From Lentisphaerae bacterium GWF2_38_69 (GTDB taxonomy: Bacteria > Verrucomicrobiota > Lentisphaeria > Victivallales > GWF2-38-69), in assembly GCA_001803205.1 (NCBI GenBank), contig MHBE01000047.1, positions 1,308 to 65,307 of the forward strand: 64,000 bases of DNA, written 5' to 3'. The notes beneath the pieces were generated by a model. The model ran no database searches. It had not been told where the DNA came from and saw only the letters and a program-made list of their open reading frames with translations. How positions within the stretch are numbered: the first letter of the stretch is position 1; every line of letters starts with the position of its first letter. A program made the position numbers and the translations under genes. Positions 19,404 to 28,626 of this stretch are shown here, one piece after another.

Positions 19404-19697
19404 TCAGGATCTTTTTATGACTTTTGTCCAGCCAGAGAAGACTGATATAGCTAAAAATATCAGCATTATCACTAGAGAGAAAAGGATGGCGTACCATACG
19501 CCGTAGTGCACAATGAATATTGGAGCCATAGCTGTAACAAAACCGCCGCAGCAAGAAATATCCCGCTGAAACATATAGCATAAAATATATCTGCGAATAT
19601 TGAATAAACTAGAATTGATGCAAAGAGCGCTGATATAAAAACTGAAAACCAACGCCCTGTCCATTCTTCTAATATCTTTTTCACCAGAAGACGCCAT
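19404..19697 (-). CDS. Small membrane protein; reading frame ambiguous (possible frameshift)
   Basis: The ATG at 19697 has GGGAGG 7 nt upstream. Convincing TM-like sequence is split between two overlapping frames: 19472-19684 for the middle, 19404-19697 for the C-terminus. Confidence 0.3.
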   Translation of the reverse strand: MASSGEKDIRRMDRALVFSFYISALCINSSLFNIRRYILCYMFQRDISCCGGFVTAMAPIFIVHYGVWYAILFSLVIMLIFLAISVFSGWTKVIKRS

Positions 19698-19811
19698 TTG
19701 GAAACCTCCCTTCTATTTTTCCCTTTGATATTAAAAATATTCTTAAATACAATATCATTCTATAATAGAATCATCTTTCATGCTATAGAGATAACTTAAG
19801 GAGGATTAAAT

Positions 19812-21284
19812 ATGGGCAGATTTCATGATATAGATCTTCATGCGATTGCGCGAGATACAATGTTTCAGTACGGATTCGATCCTCATTTTTCAAAAGAAGT
19901 TATCCAGAAAGTACAGTCGATGAGCGAAGAAGCAGAGCTCGCAAAAGAAATCTCATCTCTGCCAGATCTAAGACATCTGCTCTGGTCCTCTATCGACAAT
20001 GGCGATACTTTAGACCTGGATCAGATTGAATACTGCAAACTTATGCCTAATGGCGATGTGAATGTCAAAATCGGCATAGCGGATGTAGACGCATTCGTAA
20101 CAAAAGATGATTTGATTGATTTGCACGCAGCTAAAAACACTTCATCAGTTTATACAGGCATAGAAACTTTTCCGATGCTTCCGGTAAAGCTGTCAACTAA
20201 TCTTACTTCTCTTAAACAGGATGAAGATAGAGTAGCTGTAATAATCGAATATTCTGTTCCTCCTGATGGCAACATTCACACCGAAAATATTTACAGGGCT
20301 ACTGTGAGAAACCAGGCAAAACTTGCGTATAATGAAATTGGTGATTACCTTGAAGGAAAGACAGATGTTCCGGAATCGGTAATGAAATTCCCCGGACTTG
20401 AAGAACAACTAAAACTTCAGAACGAGGCTGCCGAAAGACTAATTAGTTACAGAATGGAACACGGTTCCCTTGAATTAAATACTCGTGAAGCTCTTCCAAT
20501 AGTAAAGAATAATAAAATAACAGCGATGACTACTATCAAACACAACAAAGCTCGGGATCTAATTGAGAACTTCATGGTAGCTGCCAATAGAACTATGGTC
20601 AATTTCATTGAGAAAGCCAACACCCCTCTAATACAACGCATTGTCCGTGAACCCAAAGAATGGGATAGGATAAGACAGATTGCATTTGAGCATAACGAAA
20701 TACTGCCCAATAAACCAGATGCCAAAGCTCTTCAGCAGTTTCTATTCCGGCAGAGGAATAAAAATCCGGAAAGATATCCAGACCTTTCACTTACTATCGT
20801 AAAACTTCTTGGCTCCGGTGAGTATGTCATGATTGAACCTGACAAAAAACCTTACGGCCATTTCGGCCTTGCAGTTACTGATTACACTCATGCAACGGCA
20901 CCGAACAGGCGCTATGTTGATGTGATTATTCAGAGGATAGTCAAGTCGATTTTAGCAAATAGAAAAAACCCTTACTCCGAAGAAGAACTTGTTGAGCTTT
21001 CCATGAGATGCACACAAAGAGAAAAGTCTGCCAAGAAAGTTGAAAGATTCATGCGCAAGGCAGCTGCAGCGGCGCTCCTTGATGATAAGATAGGAAAGAT
21101 CTTCGAGGGGATAATTACAGGTGCTTCATGCAAAGGATACTATGCAAGAATCATTGATCCGCCAGTTGAGGGCAGAGTTCACAGCAAATCTGACGATCTC
21201 TTTGTGGGTCAGAAAATCAAAGTTCGGCTTAAATCCCTCGACCCTTATCAGGGGCATATTGACTTTGAAAGTATCCAATTCTAG
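19812..21284 (+). CDS. RNB-domain exoribonuclease (RNase II/R family) with C-terminal S1-like domain, lacking N-terminal cold-shock domains
   Basis: 490-aa. RNB motifs present: SIDNGDTLDLDQ, HFGLAVTDYTHATAPNRRYVDV. SD-like AAGGAGG upstream. Confidence 0.85.
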   Translation: MGRFHDIDLHAIARDTMFQYGFDPHFSKEVIQKVQSMSEEAELAKEISSLPDLRHLLWSSIDNGDTLDLDQIEYCKLMPNGDVNVKIGIADVDAFVTKDDLIDLHAAKNTSSVYTGIETFPMLPVKLSTNLTSLKQDEDRVAVIIEYSVPPDGNIHTENIYRATVRNQAKLAYNEIGDYLEGKTDVPESVMKFPGLEEQLKLQNEAAERLISYRMEHGSLELNTREALPIVKNNKITAMTTIKHNKARDLIENFMVAANRTMVNFIEKANTPLIQRIVREPKEWDRIRQIAFEHNEILPNKPDAKALQQFLFRQRNKNPERYPDLSLTIVKLLGSGEYVMIEPDKKPYGHFGLAVTDYTHATAPNRRYVDVIIQRIVKSILANRKNPYSEEELVELSMRCTQREKSAKKVERFMRKAAAAALLDDKIGKIFEGIITGASCKGYYARIIDPPVEGRVHSKSDDLFVGQKIKVRLKSLDPYQGHIDFESIQF

Positions 21285-21323
21285 AGCTAACTTCTTCGCG
21301 GAATACTCTCTGATTATGTCTCT

Positions 21324-21644
21324 TTATCTTGACAATGACATGAGAAGGAGGTCTCTCTGATTTTGATTCTGGTCAAAATTATTGAAATACAAATAAACAG
21401 CAGCACCAGGAGCCCATGAAGAATTCTCTACCTCCAATATACTGTGTTTGAGACCAAGAGTCTTAAGAATGGCGCAGATATACTCGGAATTAAAGAGATA
21501 TCTGAAAAGAAAATCATCGCCAGAATATTCTTTCTGCATTTCAGACCATGTTTTTTGTGAAAATTCCCCGCCAGCTTCATTGAGTTCCTTGTAGGATAAT
21601 GTATTTCCAAAATCAAAAAAGCTTGCAGCATTCATATAGTTCAC
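21324..21644 (-). CDS. Hypothetical protein
   Basis: 106-aa ORF co-directional with, and 90 nt downstream of, the RND permease gene. No recognisable motif. Confidence 0.45.
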   Translation of the reverse strand: MNYMNAASFFDFGNTLSYKELNEAGGEFSQKTWSEMQKEYSGDDFLFRYLFNSEYICAILKTLGLKHSILEVENSSWAPGAAVYLYFNNFDQNQNQRDLLLMSLSR

Positions 21645-21734
21645 TCCTAATCTCTTTTGAAAAAGCAGATAACTCTCTGTTTATATTATCTTAACAGTTA
21701 TTAATAATTCAAGACAAGGTATTATTCTTAAATC

Positions 21735-24700
21735 TTATTCTGATTTTGAAATGGTTTGCACTTTATCCTTCTTTCTGCTACAGAGATCAAGTATCTTCTC
21801 CATAGCTACATAAAAATATGGGATAAGAAGTGTTCCGAGAATAGCTGCAAGAAGCATTCCTCCAAATACAGCTGTTCCCAGAGCTCTTCTGCTTATAGCT
21901 CCCGGGCCTGTAGCTATCACAAGAGGAAATACTCCAAGTATAAATGCTACAGCTGTCATCACTACAGCTCTGAACCTGACATGCCCTGCATACGCTGCCG
22001 ATTCAAGAACGGATTTTCCCGCCTTGTGCTGCACATCAGCAAATTCCACGATCAAAATAGCAGTCTTTGTCGCCATTCCGAAAAGCAGTACAAGTCCGAC
22101 CTGAGTATAAATATTATTATCTATATGAAGAATCCATAAAGCGATGATAGCTCCGCATACAGCGACCGGGACAGAGAGCATAACAGATATGGAAAGCATC
22201 CAGCTTTCATATTTAGCAACGAGAAATAGATATATGAAAGTAAGAGCCAATATGAAAATAATAATTGTTTTATTGCCGGCAATGATTTCCTGGTAAGCCG
22301 TACCTGTCCATTCGTATTGCATGTTATCCGGCAGAACTTCAGCAGCCACTCTCTCCATAGCTTCGATAGCTTCTCCAGTACTGTAACCTGGAGCGGAAGA
22401 CCCCTGAATTTCAGCATTTGCAAACATATTGTAATGAGTTATGATCTCAGGGGCTACAACTGTTCTTAAGCTCATAAAAGTATTGACTGGTATTGCCTGC
22501 CCTTTTACATTTGAAATATATGTATCGAGAACATTTTTAAGAGAGCTCCTATACTCTTTCTGAGCCTGGATCAATACCTGATATATTTTCCCGAACTTAT
22601 TGAATTGGTTCACATAATATGACCCATAATAAGCCGAAATAGTATTGAATACACTCATAAGCGGGATCCCAAGCTTCTTGACTTTATCTATATCTACATC
22701 AACTTTGAATTTGGGAACATTAGAAATATAGGTTGAAAATATACCGCTTAGCTCAGGCTGTTGATTAGCAGTAACTATAAAGTTCTGCAATACTGTCATA
22801 AGAGCCTGGGGATTATTGCCTTCTTTTTGTTCAAGCTCGAACTGAAAGCCGCCGGTGGAACCAAGACCGGGAATTGGCGGCAGTTGAAATACAAAGGAAA
22901 ATCCTTCAGGCACGCCTGTAGCGAGTTTCCTTTTCAGCTCATTGCATATGGCATCTATTTGCAAATCGGACGACTTTCTTTCGTCCCAGTCATCAAGTAC
23001 TATAAAAATAATGCCCCCATTGGATACAGTTGCCTGATTGATTATTGAAAATCCAGGCACTGTAATCGTAGATGAAATCCCTTTGGTTTCCTGTATTATT
23101 TTTCTTGCTTTTTCCATAGCTATCCCTGTTCGTTCAAGAGCTGTACCCGTGGGCATCATGACTTCAACCATAGCGTTACCCTGATCTTCATTAGGGATAA
23201 AACCAGTAGGAAGACTTATATATATAAAAGCCATAGCAATAATCAATAAAACAAAAAATACCGTTACTGCCAAAAGTTTCCTTATTAAAACAGAAACACA
23301 CTTATTATATGCTTTTGTAATAGTGTCAAAAAAAGAGTTGAACCATTTGAAGAAGATAAACTTTTTCTTATGCTCGCAGGAAGGTTTCAGAATAGTAGCG
23401 CAAAGAGCAGGGCTTAAGGTAAGAGCATTTACAGCTGATATAGCAACGGCAACGGCAATTGTCACAGCAAATTGACGATAAAGTTCGCCTGTGATCCCCG
23501 GAATAAAAGCTACAGGAACAAAGACGGCCATGAGCACCATAGTAGTAGCCACAACAGGTCCTGTCACCTGTTCCATACTCTTTATTGTGGCATTGATAGG
23601 ATCCATATGCTCCTCTTCCATTATGCGGAATACATTTTCCACAACAACAATCGCGTCATCAACGACAATACCTATGGCAAGAATCATCCCGAAAAGAGTT
23701 ATAGTATTAATACTAAATCCCATGGCCAACAATACAGCGAATGTACCAATAAGAGATACGGGGATAGCAACTGTAGGAACTAGTGTAGCTCTCCAATCCT
23801 GGAGAAAAATAAAAACAACGAGGATTACAAGTAATACTGCGATAAATAGGGTTTTAATTACTTCTGAAATAGATTTATCTACAAACAGTGTCGTATCATA
23901 GATAACAGTCCATGCGACATTTGAGGGGAAAGTCTTCGCAAGTTCAGTCATTTTCCCTTTAATTTCTTTTGCTACTTTCAGGTCATTGGCTCCGGGAAGA
24001 GTGTATACTGCCACAGCAGCGGTAGATTTACCGTTCAGAAGAGCAAAAGAACTGTAAGACTGCGCGCCAAGTTCTATCGTAGCTATATCTCTCATTCTGA
24101 TCATGCTGCCATCAGGTTTTTCTCTTATTATAATATTCTCAAACTCCTTTTCCTCCGTAAGCCTGGACTGGACAAGAAGGGTATACTCTATTTGTTGGTC
24201 TGCATATGTAGGAGAGGCACCTATTGCCCCGCCAGGAACCTGATAGTTCTGCTCATTTAAGGCATTGATTATGTCTGCTACTGTAACTTTAAGACTGGCC
24301 ATTCTGGAAACATTGAGCCATATTCTCATTGCGTAAGTATGTGCTCCCAGAATATTTACCTGCCCAACTCCAGACAAACGGGACATTTCGTCAATAAAGT
24401 TCAAAGTTGCAAAATTGCTAAGAAATGTAGTATCAACCGAGTCATCGGGTGAGTAGAGATTTATCAACAGCAATATATTGCTGTTCTTCTGTTTTACAGT
24501 AATCCCCTCTCTCTGCACATTTTCGGGAAGTTGAGCCAGAGCAATGTTAACACAGTTATTTACATTGACAGTGTTCATATCAGGATCAGAGCCTACTTCG
24601 AATGATATCGTTATTTGAGCCATACCATCATCCGTACTCTGGGAAACCATATAAATCATATCCTCGACGCCGTTTATCTGCTGTTCGAGCGGTACAATAA

Positions 24701-24884
24701 TAGTTTGTTCCACTGTTTCAGAATCAGCTCCTGGATAGGAAGTACATACGGAAACCTGTGGAGGCGTAATTTCAGGGAATTCCGCTATTGGAAGCATTTG
24801 AATTGATATTAGTCCGGCAATAACAATTACTATTGAGATTACAAAGGCAAATTTTGGTCTATGAATAAAGAATTTACTGAACAT
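21735..24884 (-). CDS. RND efflux permease (AcrB/HAE1-like), copy 1
   Basis: 1049-aa, 12-TM architecture. N-terminus MFSKFFIHRPKFAFV, conserved GIVVDDAIVVVEN (TM4). Confidence 0.95.
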   Translation of the reverse strand: MFSKFFIHRPKFAFVISIVIVIAGLISIQMLPIAEFPEITPPQVSVCTSYPGADSETVEQTIIVPLEQQINGVEDMIYMVSQSTDDGMAQITISFEVGSDPDMNTVNVNNCVNIALAQLPENVQREGITVKQKNSNILLLINLYSPDDSVDTTFLSNFATLNFIDEMSRLSGVGQVNILGAHTYAMRIWLNVSRMASLKVTVADIINALNEQNYQVPGGAIGASPTYADQQIEYTLLVQSRLTEEKEFENIIIREKPDGSMIRMRDIATIELGAQSYSSFALLNGKSTAAVAVYTLPGANDLKVAKEIKGKMTELAKTFPSNVAWTVIYDTTLFVDKSISEVIKTLFIAVLLVILVVFIFLQDWRATLVPTVAIPVSLIGTFAVLLAMGFSINTITLFGMILAIGIVVDDAIVVVENVFRIMEEEHMDPINATIKSMEQVTGPVVATTMVLMAVFVPVAFIPGITGELYRQFAVTIAVAVAISAVNALTLSPALCATILKPSCEHKKKFIFFKWFNSFFDTITKAYNKCVSVLIRKLLAVTVFFVLLIIAMAFIYISLPTGFIPNEDQGNAMVEVMMPTGTALERTGIAMEKARKIIQETKGISSTITVPGFSIINQATVSNGGIIFIVLDDWDERKSSDLQIDAICNELKRKLATGVPEGFSFVFQLPPIPGLGSTGGFQFELEQKEGNNPQALMTVLQNFIVTANQQPELSGIFSTYISNVPKFKVDVDIDKVKKLGIPLMSVFNTISAYYGSYYVNQFNKFGKIYQVLIQAQKEYRSSLKNVLDTYISNVKGQAIPVNTFMSLRTVVAPEIITHYNMFANAEIQGSSAPGYSTGEAIEAMERVAAEVLPDNMQYEWTGTAYQEIIAGNKTIIIFILALTFIYLFLVAKYESWMLSISVMLSVPVAVCGAIIALWILHIDNNIYTQVGLVLLFGMATKTAILIVEFADVQHKAGKSVLESAAYAGHVRFRAVVMTAVAFILGVFPLVIATGPGAISRRALGTAVFGGMLLAAILGTLLIPYFYVAMEKILDLCSRKKDKVQTISKSE

Positions 24885-24903
24885 ATTCTATCTCTTCCCT
24901 TTT

Positions 24904-26118
24904 TTAGCTCTTTGTGTTTCTGGTTGTATCGGCAACAGGAGAAGCTGAAGATTTTTCTTTTATCGGAGTTTCCTGAGAGTTCTGTATTACATATTTAACC
25001 TGGGAACCAGGACGTATCAGAAGGATTCCCTGACTTACGACAAGCTCATCTGGATTGATTCCGCTTTTAACCTCAATATTCGTACCGACTGCAGTGCCTG
25101 ATGTGATATATTTCTTTTCGACAATATTATTGTTATTAACAGTAAAGACGAATGTGCCCTGCTGATCTGACTGCAATGCAGACTGAGGAACGACAATCTG
25201 AGAAATTTTCTCCCTCAGTCCTATCTCCAGCTGAACATAGCTTCCCGGGATAAGAAGCTGATCCGGATTTTCAAAAACAGCTTTCATTTTTATAGTACCG
25301 GTCTCAGGGTCAGCCTTGTTGTCTATGAAGTTAATTCTCCCTTCAATAGGATATGCGCTTCCATCCGCAAGAGTAAGTTTGACAAAAACCCGTTTTCCGG
25401 TATCTATATCAGGTCTATCCAAAGTAGGAAGAGCCTGGGTTCCAAGCTCTCTCATCCTTTTTATAAAATAAGATTCACTATAGTTAAATTCCACCCAAAT
25501 CGGATTTATCATAATAACTTCCGCCAGTGTTCCGCTATTAATATCAACAAGATCTCCTACACTGTAATTATACATTCCTATTCTGCCGTCAAATGGAGCT
25601 GTTACATCTGTATAACTCAAATTTAATCTGGACAGAGTTAGATTGGCCTTAGCGGCACGAACCGCCCCGTCAAACTGATACTTTTCTTTTACCATTGCAT
25701 CTAGCTTTTCCTGGCTCGCCGCATTCTGTGTTTCAAGCGTTTTATACCTCTGATACTCCACTAGAGAGAAATCGTAGTTAGCTTGCGCCTGAATTAACTG
25801 AGCGGCAGAAAGATCGCAATCAGCAGTAAATTCATCTTTCTGGATTTCAAAAAGAAGCTGTCCTTTCTTGACATAACTGCCGGCTTCGAAATTTCTTTTC
25901 ATTAAATATCCCTGCACCCTGGCTCTCAAGTCTACTATTTCTATTGGTGAAACTTGTCCTATTACATTAGTTGACTCCGTAAGCTCATCAGTCTTGGCTT
26001 TGGCCACGGTAACAGTAGGAACAAAAGGTTGCTTCTGGTTCTTTTTTCTGCACGAAGAAAATGTAAAGATGAAAACAACTGCAACAAGCAAAAGCACGAC
26101 AATACGAAAAATTCGCAT
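24904..26118 (-). CDS. RND periplasmic adaptor (membrane fusion protein), lipoprotein, copy 1
   Basis: 404-aa. Signal peptide with Cys (FTFSSC), plus lipoyl/hairpin/beta-barrel MFP motifs (YTDVTAPFDGRIG). Confidence 0.9.
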   Translation of the reverse strand: MRIFRIVVLLLVAVVFIFTFSSCRKKNQKQPFVPTVTVAKAKTDELTESTNVIGQVSPIEIVDLRARVQGYLMKRNFEAGSYVKKGQLLFEIQKDEFTADCDLSAAQLIQAQANYDFSLVEYQRYKTLETQNAASQEKLDAMVKEKYQFDGAVRAAKANLTLSRLNLSYTDVTAPFDGRIGMYNYSVGDLVDINSGTLAEVIMINPIWVEFNYSESYFIKRMRELGTQALPTLDRPDIDTGKRVFVKLTLADGSAYPIEGRINFIDNKADPETGTIKMKAVFENPDQLLIPGSYVQLEIGLREKISQIVVPQSALQSDQQGTFVFTVNNNNIVEKKYITSGTAVGTNIEVKSGINPDELVVSQGILLIRPGSQVKYVIQNSQETPIKEKSSASPVADTTRNTKS

Positions 26119-26391
26119 ATAAACTCCGTTTTGATTTGAAAGAAATTGACCTTTAGCTGGAAAAATTATATCCGATAAAAAAAAGCTTTAAAGAGTACCT
26201 GGCAGATAACTAATAAATTTCTCTTTTCCTGCTATGAAAAGAATTATATATTAATAGCAGTTTAGCCCAACCTAAAATTTCACAATGAAACTTTTATGAG
26301 TTTGTACGATGGGCGATACCCCCCGTGATACGATGGCAAAAATACTTAAGTTCATATCCGCGCCGATTTTTGGAAGTTTTTACTTCGAATT

Positions 26392-28611
26392 TCAGCGGTA
26401 CTCCTTGATCCAACCTAAAACCGACCATGGAGTATAGAAGTCCATCTTAACTTTTCCAAGAACCCAATAATCAAACCTTTTCTTGTCTTCTCCTGTCCAT
26501 TGTCTTGTATTGATCCAGTCATTAATGTCCTCTCTGAAAGTAGATGCTTTTTCGTTATACGGTAATGCATAGGCGAAATATGCTCTGTAATCCTCACCGT
26601 AATAGTAGTAAACCCAATACCCTGGATGCATGATACCAATGGCCGATGCCATCTCTCCTGGAAGCAAAAGCGCATCTGTCTTGTGATCGACATAGAACTC
26701 ATCAAAACTGTCCAAAGACACATATGGTCTATCTATAAAATACTTGATTGATTTCTGGGATCTGCTCCTTCTGTAACCCAAAGTCAATTCTTTTGAATAG
26801 AAAACCGATTCTATATTAGGATACTTGCTCCTGAGTTTTTCTGGAATCACTATAGAAACTGTGCATTTCATATATGGCTGAGAGTTAAATACATTGTTCA
26901 TTACTTCACCAGTGTAAATAAAGCCACCAACACATATATCAATAAATTTTCCTTCTTTCAAAGCATTTTCATAATCGCCGATATTGGTAATCGGATAAAA
27001 TTCGATTTTTTTGCAGGCCAGATTGTGAGCTATTTCGTATATAAACTCTATATCGTATCCGACCAAGTGACCGTAGCTGTTAAAGAAAGAAAAAGGAATT
27101 GCCTGAGGATCATATCCTACTTTCATTGTTCCAGTCCTGGCAATCCTCTCAAGGATTGTTTCTTTGGTGTCTAAAAAGTCGTCGCCCTGGTACTGATTCA
27201 GATTTAAATAAACAACATCAATTTTCTTTCCGAAATTTCTATTGTAATCATTCAATTGCATGTGCATTAATTCATTCTTTAGTTCATCATCTCCGGAAAG
27301 AAGCTGCGTCATAAAAATATTCAATGCCAAAATAAAAGATGCATAGAAGAGTGTGCTTAATGCTAAAAGAAATAACATTTTGAAATATCTTATTCTGAGC
27401 TTATTGCAGAGCGAGAGGTAGCAAATTATCGTTACGACAATTATGAATGCTGCTCCATTAGCGTTATTGAAATATACAATAAAGCTCGATACCATCATAA
27501 ATATATCATAAGTCTTATCTGGAAGGCTTGTAATCTGAAGGAGAAAAGGAACAATAACGGAGTTACTTCCGAAAAAGCACGGAATCCCCCCAATAAAGTA
27601 AAATAGCTGTTCAATGAAATTTACCTGGCTGTTATAATACCATTGTTCAAAAATAACAAAGAAAATTACGAGGAACTTATAGCTTGCAGGAACTACCCAG
27701 GCCAGAGGAACAATAATACTTATGGCATTGCGCCCCATCTCCAAATAATTATCACTGTTAATGCTTTTAAAACCTTTCTCCTCATCATTTAGCTTATACA
27801 TCTGATCATAAATAACAGGCAGAGAAAGGAATACGCTGCCGGTCGTAAATGCTATCAGGGCAGCAGGCATGGCAAAATGGAAAAACCTGCTGCGGTTTAT
27901 TCTGCTTATACTAGCTAATACGCAGGGATAAATTATTACAGATATAAATAAGAGATAGAAGATAGATCCAATGATATAAAGCAGCACACCCTTGAATTGC
28001 ATATAACTCAATGTCCCGAAAGTATAAGAAGACATTACAAGCACACCAAGAGGTAAAAGTTTCATTATGTAGTCGTTTACTCTGTTCATAACCAAAGCAA
28101 AAATCCCAGCCGCATCGACTACTTTTTCTTTTTTACTCTGATTAATCAGAGCCATTCCCACAAGAATGCAGAATATAACAATTGCCGGGATATATCCGTT
28201 AGCTAAAGAATTAAACGGATTAGAAGGAATAAACATTTTATAAAATTCTGTGCTGTTCCCACTCAATGAAGATTCAGGTGTAAAAAATTTGCCTTTGACT
28301 ATATTGGGAAAAGAAAACTGAAGCCCCCAGGCATATACTATGCTTATAGTCCATATACATAAAAGCACTAACCCTCCTTTCCTGGCAACGCTCTTGGCTC
28401 TCTCTGAAGTTAGCGACCCAATAGACTGGATAATGCTAAAAATCATAAAGGGGATTATGGCTGTTTGGAAGAGCAGAATAAACATTGTGTTCAGAGATCC
28501 CAAAACTGAGCACTTGTCACCAAAGAACATCCCTGCACAAAATCCTATCGAAGTGGATATATATATTCTCTTTGAAAGTGACAAGCTTTTGTAGTAAGAA
28601 ATCAAAGACAT
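26392..28611 (-). CDS. Fusion protein: divergent dicarboxylate/amino-acid:cation symporter (DAACS/GltP-fold) domain, one extra TM helix, then a periplasmic family-3 solute-binding domain
   Basis: 739-aa. The N-terminal ~410 aa align by eye with GltP landmarks (FIPSNPFNSLANGYIPAIVIFCILVG vs LVPTNIVASMAKGEMLPIIFFSVLFG; FTTGSVFLSLP vs STASSESVLP). The C-terminal ~290 aa have SBP_bac_3 hallmarks (MKVGYDPQAIPFSFFNSYGHLVGYDIEFIYEIA). Confidence 0.8.
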   Translation of the reverse strand: MSLISYYKSLSLSKRIYISTSIGFCAGMFFGDKCSVLGSLNTMFILLFQTAIIPFMIFSIIQSIGSLTSERAKSVARKGGLVLLCIWTISIVYAWGLQFSFPNIVKGKFFTPESSLSGNSTEFYKMFIPSNPFNSLANGYIPAIVIFCILVGMALINQSKKEKVVDAAGIFALVMNRVNDYIMKLLPLGVLVMSSYTFGTLSYMQFKGVLLYIIGSIFYLLFISVIIYPCVLASISRINRSRFFHFAMPAALIAFTTGSVFLSLPVIYDQMYKLNDEEKGFKSINSDNYLEMGRNAISIIVPLAWVVPASYKFLVIFFVIFEQWYYNSQVNFIEQLFYFIGGIPCFFGSNSVIVPFLLQITSLPDKTYDIFMMVSSFIVYFNNANGAAFIIVVTIICYLSLCNKLRIRYFKMLFLLALSTLFYASFILALNIFMTQLLSGDDELKNELMHMQLNDYNRNFGKKIDVVYLNLNQYQGDDFLDTKETILERIARTGTMKVGYDPQAIPFSFFNSYGHLVGYDIEFIYEIAHNLACKKIEFYPITNIGDYENALKEGKFIDICVGGFIYTGEVMNNVFNSQPYMKCTVSIVIPEKLRSKYPNIESVFYSKELTLGYRRSRSQKSIKYFIDRPYVSLDSFDEFYVDHKTDALLLPGEMASAIGIMHPGYWVYYYYGEDYRAYFAYALPYNEKASTFREDINDWINTRQWTGEDKKRFDYWVLGKVKMDFYTPWSVLGWIKEYR

Positions 28612-28626
28612 TCTGAAAAGATATTT

